From IMG/VR virus record IMGVR_UViG_3300045988_137699, positions 1 to 43,980 of that record: 43,980 bases of DNA; one strand, 5' to 3'. Numbering within the stretch: the first letter of the stretch is position 1; each line of letters begins with the position of its first letter. Under the pieces are notes generated by a model. It was not told the DNA's origin. It did not search any database and worked only from the letters and a program-made list of their open reading frames with translations. Source of the DNA: a virus. Of this stretch, positions 1-8,186 are shown piece after piece. The translations under genes and the position numbers were made by a program.

Positions 1-85
1 ATTATATCATAAGAAAGCATAATTTGTAAAGATACTATTTTCAGTATTTTCAAGAGTTTGTTGAACAGTTCAACTCTTTAAAATG
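1..85. repeat. 85-bp direct terminal repeat, left copy, identical to 43896..43980
   Basis: Base-by-base comparison of attatatcataagaaagc...caactctttaaaatg at both window ends shows 85/85 identity. Confidence 0.95.
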
Positions 86-139
86 CTTTAAAAATAGCAC
101 CGTTAGTAACAAGTTAGTAACATGATTTTAAAAAAAAAT

Positions 140-1141
140 TTATTTTAATTTTGCATTTACAATTGATTGTATTGTATTATAATCATAACCTGCTGCTTGA
201 AGTCTTGATTTTCTTTCTGTACCATTTCCCCATAATCCTTTTATGACTTCATTTGCAATTGTATCATTTGATTTTTTATTTGATGTTACAGATTTTGCAC
301 CTAAAATTTCATTAACTTTATTTTGAACTGCATTACCATCATAACCTGCCGCTGCTAATCTATTAAATCTATCTTGTCCATTTCCCCATTGTCCTGCGAT
401 AACTTCTTTTGCAATTTCATCTATGGATTTTAATTTTGGCTTTGATGTTGTTGAATTTCCACTTAATTTTGCATTTACAATTGATTGTATTGTATTATAA
501 TCATAACCTGCATTAGTAAGGGCAATTTTTCTTGTATCACCATTTCCCCATTTACCTGCAATAACTTCTGCTGCAATTTCTTCATTTGATTTGCTTACAT
601 TAGATGGTGTTGATGGTACAGATGAATTCCCTTCTAATATTGAATTTACTGTGTTTGCTAATTCTTGAAATTTACCTTGTAAATATTGACCTGGACAATT
701 AGTATTTGCAAACATATTGTGTCTTGTTAATGAACCATTTGGTGTTCCATCATATGTCAATTTAAAATCATATCTTGTACAAATATCAACACATAATTTT
801 ATCAATGCATTCCAAGCTGCATCAGAAATTTTCCATTTGCCACCAATTTCACAATTTGAAACTTCAATTGTTATTGCTTGGCAATCATTTGAACTTGAAC
901 TTGATGTCCATGCTCTATTATTTTCATCTACACAACCTACTATTCCACCATCATTTCCTATACAATAATTTGCACTAGCTTGTCTATTTGGATTTTGGAA
1001 AATTCTTGCACACTGTTCACCACTTAATACACCAGCCATATGATGTGGTGTAATTTTACAAATTTTATGTCCTTTTCTTCCATTTGTATAATTATTTGCA
1101 GATGCTAACACCTGACTTCTTATTAAACTTGAAAATCCCAT
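140..1141 (-). CDS. Endolysin: N-acetylmuramoyl-L-alanine amidase (Amidase_2/PGRP-like) with three C-terminal CW_7 (Cpl-7-type) wall-binding repeats
   Basis: The N-terminus (ITPHHMAG...ANYCIG...AWTSS...ITIEV) is amidase_2-like. The motif VIxGxWGNGxxRxxxLxxAGYDxxxxQxxVNxxL occurs three times. The gene sits at the end of the late operon next to a holin. Confidence 0.85.
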   Translation of the reverse strand: MGFSSLIRSQVLASANNYTNGRKGHKICKITPHHMAGVLSGEQCARIFQNPNRQASANYCIGNDGGIVGCVDENNRAWTSSSSSNDCQAITIEVSNCEIGGKWKISDAAWNALIKLCVDICTRYDFKLTYDGTPNGSLTRHNMFANTNCPGQYLQGKFQELANTVNSILEGNSSVPSTPSNVSKSNEEIAAEVIAGKWGNGDTRKIALTNAGYDYNTIQSIVNAKLSGNSTTSKPKLKSIDEIAKEVIAGQWGNGQDRFNRLAAAGYDGNAVQNKVNEILGAKSVTSNKKSNDTIANEVIKGLWGNGTERKSRLQAAGYDYNTIQSIVNAKLK

Positions 1142-1218
1142 TATTCTTCATCTCCTTTTCCATTTGAAAATTCTTGTTCCATTTCTTCTGTTAATACAAT
1201 ATCTTTGTTTTCTTCCAT
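1141..1218 (-). CDS. Possible 25-aa acidic micro-ORF (MEENKDIVLTEEMEQEFSNGKGDEE) overlapping the lysin start in a TAATG arrangement
   Basis: Hand translation of the gap between holin and lysin. There is a GGA-containing sequence upstream. The ORF is very short. Confidence 0.2.
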   Translation of the reverse strand: MEENKDIVLTEEMEQEFSNGKGDEE

Positions 1219-1236
1219 AAAAATCATCCTTTCTTT

Positions 1237-1452
1237 TTATAAATTATTATTGTCATTGTCATTGTCATTGTCATCTTCTTTTTTCTGTTTTGCAAAATAA
1301 TAAGTAAATACCGCTGTTATTAAATTAGTAATAAGTATAAGTAAATTTTCAGCAAGTGTTGCACCAAATAAATTTGCTATAACAATTATGAATAATAAAA
1401 TTATCATAGAAATTGTTATAAAACTTTTCAAATCATTCCATGCTTGTTTCAT
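1237..1452 (-). CDS. Holin (small two-TM protein with a charged DN-repeat tail)
   Basis: 71 aa with two hydrophobic helices and the tail KQKKEDDNDNDNDNNNL. It lies immediately upstream of the endolysin. Confidence 0.7.
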   Translation of the reverse strand: MKQAWNDLKSFITISMIILLFIIVIANLFGATLAENLLILITNLITAVFTYYFAKQKKEDDNDNDNDNNNL

Positions 1453-1464
1453 AATTTCACCCCC

Positions 1465-1830
1465 TTATTTCACATATTTTTCCCACCCAGCATGTATATA
1501 TGAATTGCTATGTAAATCTTGGGTGTAATGGTCAAAAACTTCACTAGCTCTTTTCTTTTGAATGTCATCTTTTGAAATGCCATTCTTTGAATCTTCAATA
1601 AATTCAACTAAATAATTCATGCATTGATTTTTATCTAATTTTTTTATATCAAGATTCATATTATCTAGTTTTTCACTGACTGGTTCTAATGCTTCTTTAA
1701 ACTTTTTATCAACTGCATTATCTACTGGTTTTTTAGCTTTTCCAATGAATGTTACAATTACTGATATTGCATTTAAAAAAGTAGCAATAGATATTATAAT
1801 TACTGATATTTTTTCCAATTCTATTTTCAC
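1465..1830 (-). CDS. Membrane-anchored lysis-cassette protein (XhlA-position), function unknown
   Basis: N-terminal TM helix (ISVIIISIATFLNAISVIVTFIG) followed by a coiled-coil-like region. It lies directly upstream of the holin. Confidence 0.45.
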   Translation of the reverse strand: MKIELEKISVIIISIATFLNAISVIVTFIGKAKKPVDNAVDKKFKEALEPVSEKLDNMNLDIKKLDKNQCMNYLVEFIEDSKNGISKDDIQKKRASEVFDHYTQDLHSNSYIHAGWEKYVK

Positions 1831-1841
1831 CCCTTTATCTG

Positions 1842-1900
1842 CTTATGAAAATACCCATATAAACTTATATTTTTGTTTATATGGGTATTTATTTCATAAG
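1842..1900. terminator. Long near-perfect hairpin between the fibre/DGR operon and the lysis cassette
   Basis: cttatgaaaatacccatataaac (1842..1864) pairs with gtttatatgggtatttatttcataag (1875..1900), including a 16-bp perfect core. There is no clean T-tract, so terminator function is inferred. Confidence 0.45.
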
Positions 1901-1910
1901 TAATGTAACT

Positions 1911-2027
1911 TTATTCTTCTGATGTTTCTTCATCCAAAATCTTTTTTACAGCTTTTTTTAATTTATCAGGAACATCATCAATTGTTTTCAATCCTTTTTT
2001 TATAAGGTTAGCATATATTTTTGCCAT
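1911..2027 (-). CDS. 38-aa XkdX-like small tail-associated protein (MAKIYANLIKKGLKTIDDVPDKLKKAVKKILDEETSEE)
   Basis: Hand translation; the ORF is below the ORF-track size cutoff. Its position after the fibre gene and its sequence pattern match small proteins common in PBSX-like clostridial prophages. Confidence 0.5.
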   Translation of the reverse strand: MAKIYANLIKKGLKTIDDVPDKLKKAVKKILDEETSEE

Positions 2028-2030
2028 TGA

Positions 2031-2285
2031 TTACACCCCCAAACTTTCATAAATTTCAACCAAAGCCATTTCGACATCTGTCATTTGATTTGATTGCATT
2101 TCAATATATTCATCTTTGGTGTATTGAATTAAATCATATTCATACATTTCTATTTTTTCATTTGAATCTGAATTTTCACTTTCTACTTCTATTTTATTGA
2201 TATTTTCAGAAATCCAAACAGAATATTCATCAATCACCATTTTTTCAGGTTTTATTGTACTTCTAACTTTACCATGATTTATCAT
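2031..2285 (-). CDS. 84-aa acidic protein (XkdW-position), unknown function, translationally coupled to the RT (ATGA overlap)
   Basis: ORF track. Its start overlaps the RT stop by 4 nt. It is strongly acidic and not Avd-like. Confidence 0.5.
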   Translation of the reverse strand: MINHGKVRSTIKPEKMVIDEYSVWISENINKIEVESENSDSNEKIEMYEYDLIQYTKDEYIEMQSNQMTDVEMALVEIYESLGV

Positions 2286-3373
2286 TTCTTTTCACCCTTC
2301 CTTTTTATATTTTTTAAATAATATTGATTAGAATGAAATTCAAGTGGTTTTATATATTTCTTTTGTAATCTATAACTATCACAATGAATTAACCATCCTT
2401 TATAAGAATTGATTGAACACCATTCTGAATAATTAATTTCATTACCACTTTTTATTTTATTTCTAATTTTATTCATTTTACTTTTAAAATTTTTGCAAGT
2501 TGATTTTCTTAATAACTTGTAATTTAAAAATGTTCTATATCCTACATAATCAATTCCCCTTACAAATGTTGGGAACACTTGCCAATTTTCTTTAATTTTT
2601 AATTTTAATTTTGTTTTAAAATATACATCAATTTCTTTTCTTAATTGATGTAATTTTTCTTTTGATTCGGCTAATATAACTATGTCATCCATATATCTGA
2701 AATAATATTTAATATGCTTTTCTTCTTTTATCCAATGGTCAAATGAAGAAAAATAAAAATTACCACTATATTGTGAAATATAATTTCCAATTGGTATTCC
2801 TGTATCACCTGGTGTTGAATCAATAATTTCATCAAGTAACCAAATCAAATCTTTATCTTTGAACAATTTTCTATACTTATTTTTTAATATTTCATGATTT
2901 ATTGATGGATAATACTTTTTGGCATCAATTTTCAAACAATATTGTGTACCTTTCACATCTGTTTGAATTGCTTTTTCAATTCTGTGTAATGCTTTATGTA
3001 TTCCCCTTCCTGGTATTGCTGAATAAGTATCAGTAATAAAATTTTTAACAAGTATTGGTTCAATTACTTGTAATATTGCCCATTGTGCAATTCTATCAGG
3101 ATAATATGGCAATTTATAAATTTTTCTTTCCTTCCCTGTATCATTCTTCATAAATGTTTCATATTCAGAAGTTTTATAAATTTTATTTATAAGCATATTT
3201 TGTAATTTTTTCAAATAATAATCAGGATTAGCATTAATTTCTTTTACTTCCTTATACCATCCTTTACCCTTTTGTGCATTTTTATGTGCAAGTTTCAAAT
3301 TATCCAAATCGCAAATTTTTTCATATAAATTTCCGTATCTTTTCATAATTTGCACTTCTTTCTTTGTATGCAT
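2282..3373 (-). CDS. DGR reverse transcriptase
   Basis: YMDD catalytic box (YFRYMDDIVILA). The DGR-typical motif IGNYISQ is present (IGxxxSQ). The N-terminus MKRYGNLYEKI is typical of DGR RTs, so the probable true start is 3346. The TR lies about 105 nt upstream. Confidence 0.92.
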   Translation of the reverse strand: MHTKKEVQIMKRYGNLYEKICDLDNLKLAHKNAQKGKGWYKEVKEINANPDYYLKKLQNMLINKIYKTSEYETFMKNDTGKERKIYKLPYYPDRIAQWAILQVIEPILVKNFITDTYSAIPGRGIHKALHRIEKAIQTDVKGTQYCLKIDAKKYYPSINHEILKNKYRKLFKDKDLIWLLDEIIDSTPGDTGIPIGNYISQYSGNFYFSSFDHWIKEEKHIKYYFRYMDDIVILAESKEKLHQLRKEIDVYFKTKLKLKIKENWQVFPTFVRGIDYVGYRTFLNYKLLRKSTCKNFKSKMNKIRNKIKSGNEINYSEWCSINSYKGWLIHCDSYRLQKKYIKPLEFHSNQYYLKNIKRKGEKK

Positions 3374-3477
3374 TTACAAACTAAACTTTCACCTTTTGAT
3401 TTCTCAAATTTACTAATATAGTTCATTGTATTTTTATATTTTGCCAAGTGGCAGGGCGAAAATTTTCACATGTTTAG

Positions 3478-3593
3478 CATTTACTAGGTGACCGCTGATA
3501 TTACGATTACGATTAGAAGTAGCATTATTAAGAATCCAACAGAAAGCACCAGCTGCAGAACCGTCAGACCAATTACCACCAAGATGAGTAACT
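3478..3593 (-). repeat. DGR template repeat (TR), non-coding
   Basis: Aligns without gaps to 3697..3812 at a constant offset of 219. In the target reading frame it contains 7 AAT codons. It is not inside any ORF. Confidence 0.92.
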
Positions 3594-3679
3594 GGTGATA
3601 ATTAAAACCTTTTTTAATTTTCTACTGTGATAATGGTATATCAGCACATTTCGCCCATATATTATTTAATTATTTTACA

Positions 3680-5491
3680 TTAAGCAGCATCAGGTACATA
3701 CACCAGGCGACCGCCGATATGACGATAACGATAAGAAGTAGCACCATTAAGAAACCAACAGAAAGCACCAGCCGCAGAACCGCCAGACCAATAACCACCA
3801 AGAAGAGCAACCTTCCAACCTGGATTGTTATTCCATACATAATCACCAACAGGTGTTGAACTATTTCCATTGTGTTCTGTTGGTATAAATAACCAATCAA
3901 AGTTTTCATTATATCCAAATGCTGAAATATATCCTTCACCAAAAGATGGACAAATTCCTGTTTCTTCATAAGGTGATGCACTTGTATCATCCGTAAATCC
4001 ATGGTCTGCTACATATGTTTTTCCATATTGACCTGCTGCAAATGGTGTTGGATTTTGAATATTTAATCCATCAATCCATTTCCAAATATTTCCCCATGGA
4101 TTTTCTTCACCACGATATGAAACAATTTGAATTCCATTTGCATTAGTTACAACACCTGATGTATTTCCAAGTGATATTGTTGCACCTGTATTTTCTGCCA
4201 TATTAGATGTACCATCATCTGTTTTACTTACTGCACCATTTCCAATTGCAGATTGCATGTTGAAAGTTGCATATTCAATAAGCATTAATAATTGTGTTGC
4301 AGAAACTGATGCTATATAATCTTGTTCCCAACCATTTCCCCTTTTTTGTGCTAATTTTCTTGTGTTTGCTCTTGTTAGATTTTGGGTTAATCCTGACATT
4401 GGTTTTGCATTTGCAATACTACATAACATGTCATTTGCAAAATCTGCAACTTGTGCATCATCAAGTATATATGCATTAGCAGATGCATCATATAATGAAC
4501 CTTCAAATGCACCCCTGTATATATAATCATGTTCTTTACCATTTCTTATAAATGCAGGATGAAGTTTAAATCCTGGTTCAGGTTCATCACATACATAATA
4601 TCTTGCTTTTCTCATATGATGTCCATGATTTTCACCTTCTGTTATTATATCTGTTAATAAAGGAACTACTTTATAATAAAATTTTGGTTGTTCAACCATA
4701 ACTTGTACTTTTGTTCCAACTGGATATGTACCTGCATTTCTTCCTTCTTCAATTGTAACTGCTTGTGTTAATGCACCAGTAGTTGTGAATGCTGCATCAC
4801 CATAATATGCAACAACTTTTCCAGTATCAGTAACATTACATCTTTTTCTACCACCAAAGCAATGAACATTATCAAATGCACTTCCACCAGTTTTTCCAAA
4901 AGCACCAGCTAATCTTGTAAATTTTTTATTTGTAAAATCAACTTCAACACCAAAAATATGGTCATCAACATATCCAATAAATGCTTGTAAATCTGAAATT
5001 TGTTTTTGTAAATCAACAATATCTCCCACTGTTGCTGTTGCTGCTTGGTCAACAGTAAGTGATACATTATTTGAATTTGAAACAGTTGTTGTTAATTTTA
5101 AAAATGCACCTGAAACACTTAATCCATTAAAAGGTGGCATATATGCACCTTTATCAGTTGTTGCAACACTAGCAACTGCATATAATATTTCACCTTCATC
5201 AGGGTCTTTTGCATATAATCCAATAGAATTCATATTATATCCACTTGTTAAATTAGAATTTTCCATTGCTGCTTCAATTTGAACTGCAACATTATTTGTT
5301 CTTGTTATTTTTGATATTTTTACTGTTTGTTTTATATTTGCTAAACTTGTCAAAGCAAGTATTTGTGCTTCTGTATAAACATTTGTTGATGAAGAAACTT
5401 TTGTAAATTCAACAGTTGTTTTTCCTGCAATTAATTTCGCCATTAAGGCTTGACCTTTATTTGTTATTGTTAATTTATTAAATTCAGCCAT
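3680..5491 (-). CDS. Tail fibre / receptor-binding protein with a C-terminal C-type-lectin/FGE-sulfatase-like fold; DGR target
   Basis: 603 aa in the last tail-module position. It carries the motif NPWGNIWKWIDG (the GNxWEW type found in FGE/CLec folds) and the C-terminus GGYWSGGSAAGAFCWFLNGATSYRYRHIGGRLVYV, which is typical of DGR variable proteins. Confidence 0.85.
   Translation of the reverse strand: MAEFNKLTITNKGQALMAKLIAGKTTVEFTKVSSSTNVYTEAQILALTSLANIKQTVKISKITRTNNVAVQIEAAMENSNLTSGYNMNSIGLYAKDPDEGEILYAVASVATTDKGAYMPPFNGLSVSGAFLKLTTTVSNSNNVSLTVDQAATATVGDIVDLQKQISDLQAFIGYVDDHIFGVEVDFTNKKFTRLAGAFGKTGGSAFDNVHCFGGRKRCNVTDTGKVVAYYGDAAFTTTGALTQAVTIEEGRNAGTYPVGTKVQVMVEQPKFYYKVVPLLTDIITEGENHGHHMRKARYYVCDEPEPGFKLHPAFIRNGKEHDYIYRGAFEGSLYDASANAYILDDAQVADFANDMLCSIANAKPMSGLTQNLTRANTRKLAQKRGNGWEQDYIASVSATQLLMLIEYATFNMQSAIGNGAVSKTDDGTSNMAENTGATISLGNTSGVVTNANGIQIVSYRGEENPWGNIWKWIDGLNIQNPTPFAAGQYGKTYVADHGFTDDTSASPYEETGICPSFGEGYISAFGYNENFDWLFIPTEHNGNSSTPVGDYVWNNNPGWKVALLGGYWSGGSAAGAFCWFLNGATSYRYRHIGGRLVYVPDAA
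3697..3812 (-). repeat. DGR variable repeat (VR), covering the last 38 codons before the final VPDAA of the tail-fibre gene
   Basis: 99/116 identical to TR. All 17 differences fall where TR has + strand T, which is A on the coding strand. Confidence 0.92.
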
Positions 5492-5509
5492 TTTATTTCA
5501 TCCTTTCTT

Positions 5510-6205
5510 TTAAATAATTTCTGTCAAATTAACATTTGACCCAATTTTATTTTCACCTTTAATATTAAATGTTTCATTAAAGTTATCTGTAATTTCTATT
5601 GTTAAAGTATCAGTTACACCACCTGCATATTTTGAATCATTATTTATATTCAAATTTTCTTTGAAGTTATCTGTAATTTCTATATAATTACAAAATACAA
5701 TACCACTTGCAATTCTTGTTGTACCATCTGTCATATTTAAAAATATTTTATTTTCAGATGTCAAATCAATATTAGCTGGTATCATATAATCAAGTATATA
5801 ATCCAATTCATCAACTTGTCCAGGTAGTTCAAGATGTGTAGTAATTTTCATTTTATATTCATTAAATTTTTTTTCAATTTCATAATTATCTTTTCCACAT
5901 AATACATCTAATTTTTGACATAAAACAATAAATGTATATGGTGCTGTATCATTCCATCTTGATAATACTCTTGAAATTCTTGATTCTAATGTATCATTTA
6001 TTTCAGGTGTAATTTTCATTAATTCTTCAAATTTTGCAATTCCTTTTAAATTACAACTTTGAATAAATTGGTTATTAAATATTATTTCTGTTTCATCTTC
6101 TAATGATTGAATTTCGGGATTTTCACTTTTCATTATTTCCCTTATTTCTCTATATTCTTGAATAAATAGTGGAAGATGATTCAATAGTTCTACTTCTCTA
6201 ATCAT
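5510..6205 (-). CDS. Baseplate/tail protein (XkdU-like, DUF2313-position)
   Basis: Synteny: it lies directly after the baseplate J-like gene and before the fibre. 231 aa. Confidence 0.5.
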   Translation of the reverse strand: MIREVELLNHLPLFIQEYREIREIMKSENPEIQSLEDETEIIFNNQFIQSCNLKGIAKFEELMKITPEINDTLESRISRVLSRWNDTAPYTFIVLCQKLDVLCGKDNYEIEKKFNEYKMKITTHLELPGQVDELDYILDYMIPANIDLTSENKIFLNMTDGTTRIASGIVFCNYIEITDNFKENLNINNDSKYAGGVTDTLTIEITDNFNETFNIKGENKIGSNVNLTEII

Positions 6206-7266
6206 TGACTAACACCCCCAAAAGTTGGGATTTGATATTCTGTCAATGTTAGGTTTGTTGTTGAATTATTTATTTTTGTATTTTGAATATCAACAATTCC
6301 TTCAATTTGAAGTAATTTTGTTTCTATTTGACTAACCCTAACAACAGTATTGGTTTGATTTGCCCAATTTTTTCTTAAATCTTGCAAATATTTACTTATT
6401 ACATTTTGTATTGTTGTTTTTAATGAATTAAAATTATATCCTTCATCAAATCCAAATGTTGCTTTCACATTAATTGGAACTTCTTCAACTGTTTGTACTG
6501 TTACAACATGACCAATGGGTGCAATACCAAGTCCTGAACCATCTTGTGTTGGGTCAATTTCTTCTTGGACTGTTTTTATTAAGGTATTAGTTGCTTTGTT
6601 AAATTCTGAATTTAAAATTGTTAATAATACTGTTCCCCCACCTTGCCATATTGGTGTAACTTTTGTTGAACCCACACCAGCTATTGCATTAGTTTTTTGA
6701 ATATAATCCTTTTTGTTTCCACCATAAGGTTTAGTTTCAAATGATGAAAAATATCTGTCTCTTAATGATTCCACATCTTCTTCATCTTCACCAGGAATTA
6801 ATAATTCTGTTAATTTTGCTGTTTCTAATCCTTGAATATAATCAATAGGAATTAAATTACCAAAATTAGTATTTCCATCTATCCCCAAAGTTTCACATTT
6901 CAATTGATATTCCCCATCTTGAATTTTTGAAATAACAATATAATTTAAATCATTACAATTGAATCTTGCTCCAATTGGAATTTCTAATGAAGAAGGTGTG
7001 AATGTACCTTTTAAAGTTGCATAAGTTGCTTCAAATGGTTGTATTCCCCTTTCAATTGCCCTTCTTACTAAATAATCTCTTTGGGCTGTGTCTGCAAATG
7101 TTTCCTGTAAAATTGTATCTAATTCAATATACATTAACTGTAATTCAACTGCTGCTGGTGCTAATGCATCATATATAATTGAACCTTCCCTTTTGTCCAT
7201 ATTGTTTGGTACTCTGTCCAACATTCTTTGTAAAATTACTTCATATGTAATATCTTCATAAGCCAT
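6202..7266 (-). CDS. Baseplate J-like protein (XkdT-like)
   Basis: 354 aa. Position and size match the PBSX baseplate order. It has 4-nt overlaps with its neighbours. Confidence 0.65.
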   Translation of the reverse strand: MAYEDITYEVILQRMLDRVPNNMDKREGSIIYDALAPAAVELQLMYIELDTILQETFADTAQRDYLVRRAIERGIQPFEATYATLKGTFTPSSLEIPIGARFNCNDLNYIVISKIQDGEYQLKCETLGIDGNTNFGNLIPIDYIQGLETAKLTELLIPGEDEEDVESLRDRYFSSFETKPYGGNKKDYIQKTNAIAGVGSTKVTPIWQGGGTVLLTILNSEFNKATNTLIKTVQEEIDPTQDGSGLGIAPIGHVVTVQTVEEVPINVKATFGFDEGYNFNSLKTTIQNVISKYLQDLRKNWANQTNTVVRVSQIETKLLQIEGIVDIQNTKINNSTTNLTLTEYQIPTFGGVSQ

Positions 7267-7670
7267 TAATAATTCACCGCCCTTTCTTCTTTAATATCTC
7301 CATATATTGTGTGAACACAAAATGTTACAATTAAAATTCCTTTTTTTGAATAATCAAATTCAAATGAATCAATAGATTCAATTCGGTCATCTTGTAGTAA
7401 TGCTTCGGTGATTCTTCTTTCAATTTCAGGACAAACATAAGAAATTGGTTCGCCATATAAATCAGAAGTTTCAATTCCATAATTCCAAGAATAAATTATA
7501 TATTGGTATCTTTCGGTATTTAATATTTTATAAATTACTTGTTTCATTGCTTCAAGTTCATCAACTTTTCCATTGATAATTTTTTCTGTGAAAAACATTT
7601 TATAATTTTTACTTGATTCTTCTTCAACTTCAATTTCAGTTGTTAATATATTATTTCCACTTGGTATCAT
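7266..7670 (-). CDS. Baseplate wedge protein (XkdS-like, gp25-family position)
   Basis: 134 aa. Synteny between the XkdR-like and J-like genes. Confidence 0.5.
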   Translation of the reverse strand: MIPSGNNILTTEIEVEEESSKNYKMFFTEKIINGKVDELEAMKQVIYKILNTERYQYIIYSWNYGIETSDLYGEPISYVCPEIERRITEALLQDDRIESIDSFEFDYSKKGILIVTFCVHTIYGDIKEERAVNY

Positions 7671-7673
7671 ATT

Positions 7674-8186
7674 TTACACCACCTTATCTATTACAATATA
7701 TTTTTGACCACCCTGCATTCTTAATAAAATAACTTCATCATCAATTTTTAATCCATTATGTATTATTATTTTTTTTCTTCCTGTGATTGAATGTGCATGT
7801 GTCAAATTTATGTTTTTTTGTGAAATTGACATGTTATTGCTTATTTCATTTGAAATAGTGATTTGTTCGTTATCAGGATTTGGGTTAATTGTTGCATTTG
7901 AATCAACAGATATATTTCCATCAATATTATGTGTGTGATTTGCATTTAATTGTGTATCATTTGATGACCATGCAACTGTTGCATCTGTTAAATAATCTGT
8001 TACATTTCTAGTTAAAACTAATTGTGCTGGATGTAGAATCATTTTTTGTTCGACATTTATTTCAAGTGGTGAAACATTTAAAACCTTACCAAATAAAATT
8101 GCAACAGGTTTTGATGCTTCAACCGCTTCATTTGCAGCTTTTTTAATTGTATTTAATAAATCATTTACGTCAAGCAACAAATTCAC
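7674..8186 (-). CDS. Baseplate spike/plug-region protein (XkdR-like, DUF2577-position)
   Basis: 170 aa; assigned by synteny. Confidence 0.45.
   Translation of the reverse strand: MNLLLDVNDLLNTIKKAANEAVEASKPVAILFGKVLNVSPLEINVEQKMILHPAQLVLTRNVTDYLTDATVAWSSNDTQLNANHTHNIDGNISVDSNATINPNPDNEQITISNEISNNMSISQKNINLTHAHSITGRKKIIIHNGLKIDDEVILLRMQGGQKYIVIDKVV

Larger units (their letters stand above)
2282..5491 (-). mobile_element. Diversity-generating retroelement cassette: target gene with VR, then TR, then RT
   Basis: See the TR, VR and RT features. TR and VR form a 116-bp repeat pair whose mismatches are all at template adenines, next to an RT with DGR-type motifs. Confidence 0.92.

Noticed and set aside
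1-85. The terminal repeats read as attL/attR of an integrated prophage
   Set aside because: The window starts and ends exactly on the repeat with no host sequence outside. That is what a circular-contig overlap looks like. This reading cannot be excluded without the source assembly.
2031-2285. The 84-aa ORF coupled to the RT as the missing Avd accessory protein
   Set aside because: It is strongly acidic (many E and D), whereas Avd proteins are basic helical bundles. Its position and its C-terminal pattern (TDVEMALVEIYESL) fit an XkdW-like tail-module protein instead.
2282-3373. The reverse transcriptase read as a retron, group II intron or abortive-infection (Abi/DRT) RT
   Set aside because: The adjacent TR/VR pair with adenine-only mismatches and the IGxxxSQ motif identify it as a DGR RT. 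No intron domain structure or maturase/endonuclease domains are visible, and no msr/msd-like inverted repeats were seen.
3670-4002. 110-aa minus-strand ORF overlapping the 3' end of the tail-fibre gene and the VR
   Set aside because: It lies in an alternative frame entirely inside the well-supported 603-aa fibre ORF. It has an odd composition (rich in L, V, I, M, H and Q) and no RBS. It is a shadow ORF.
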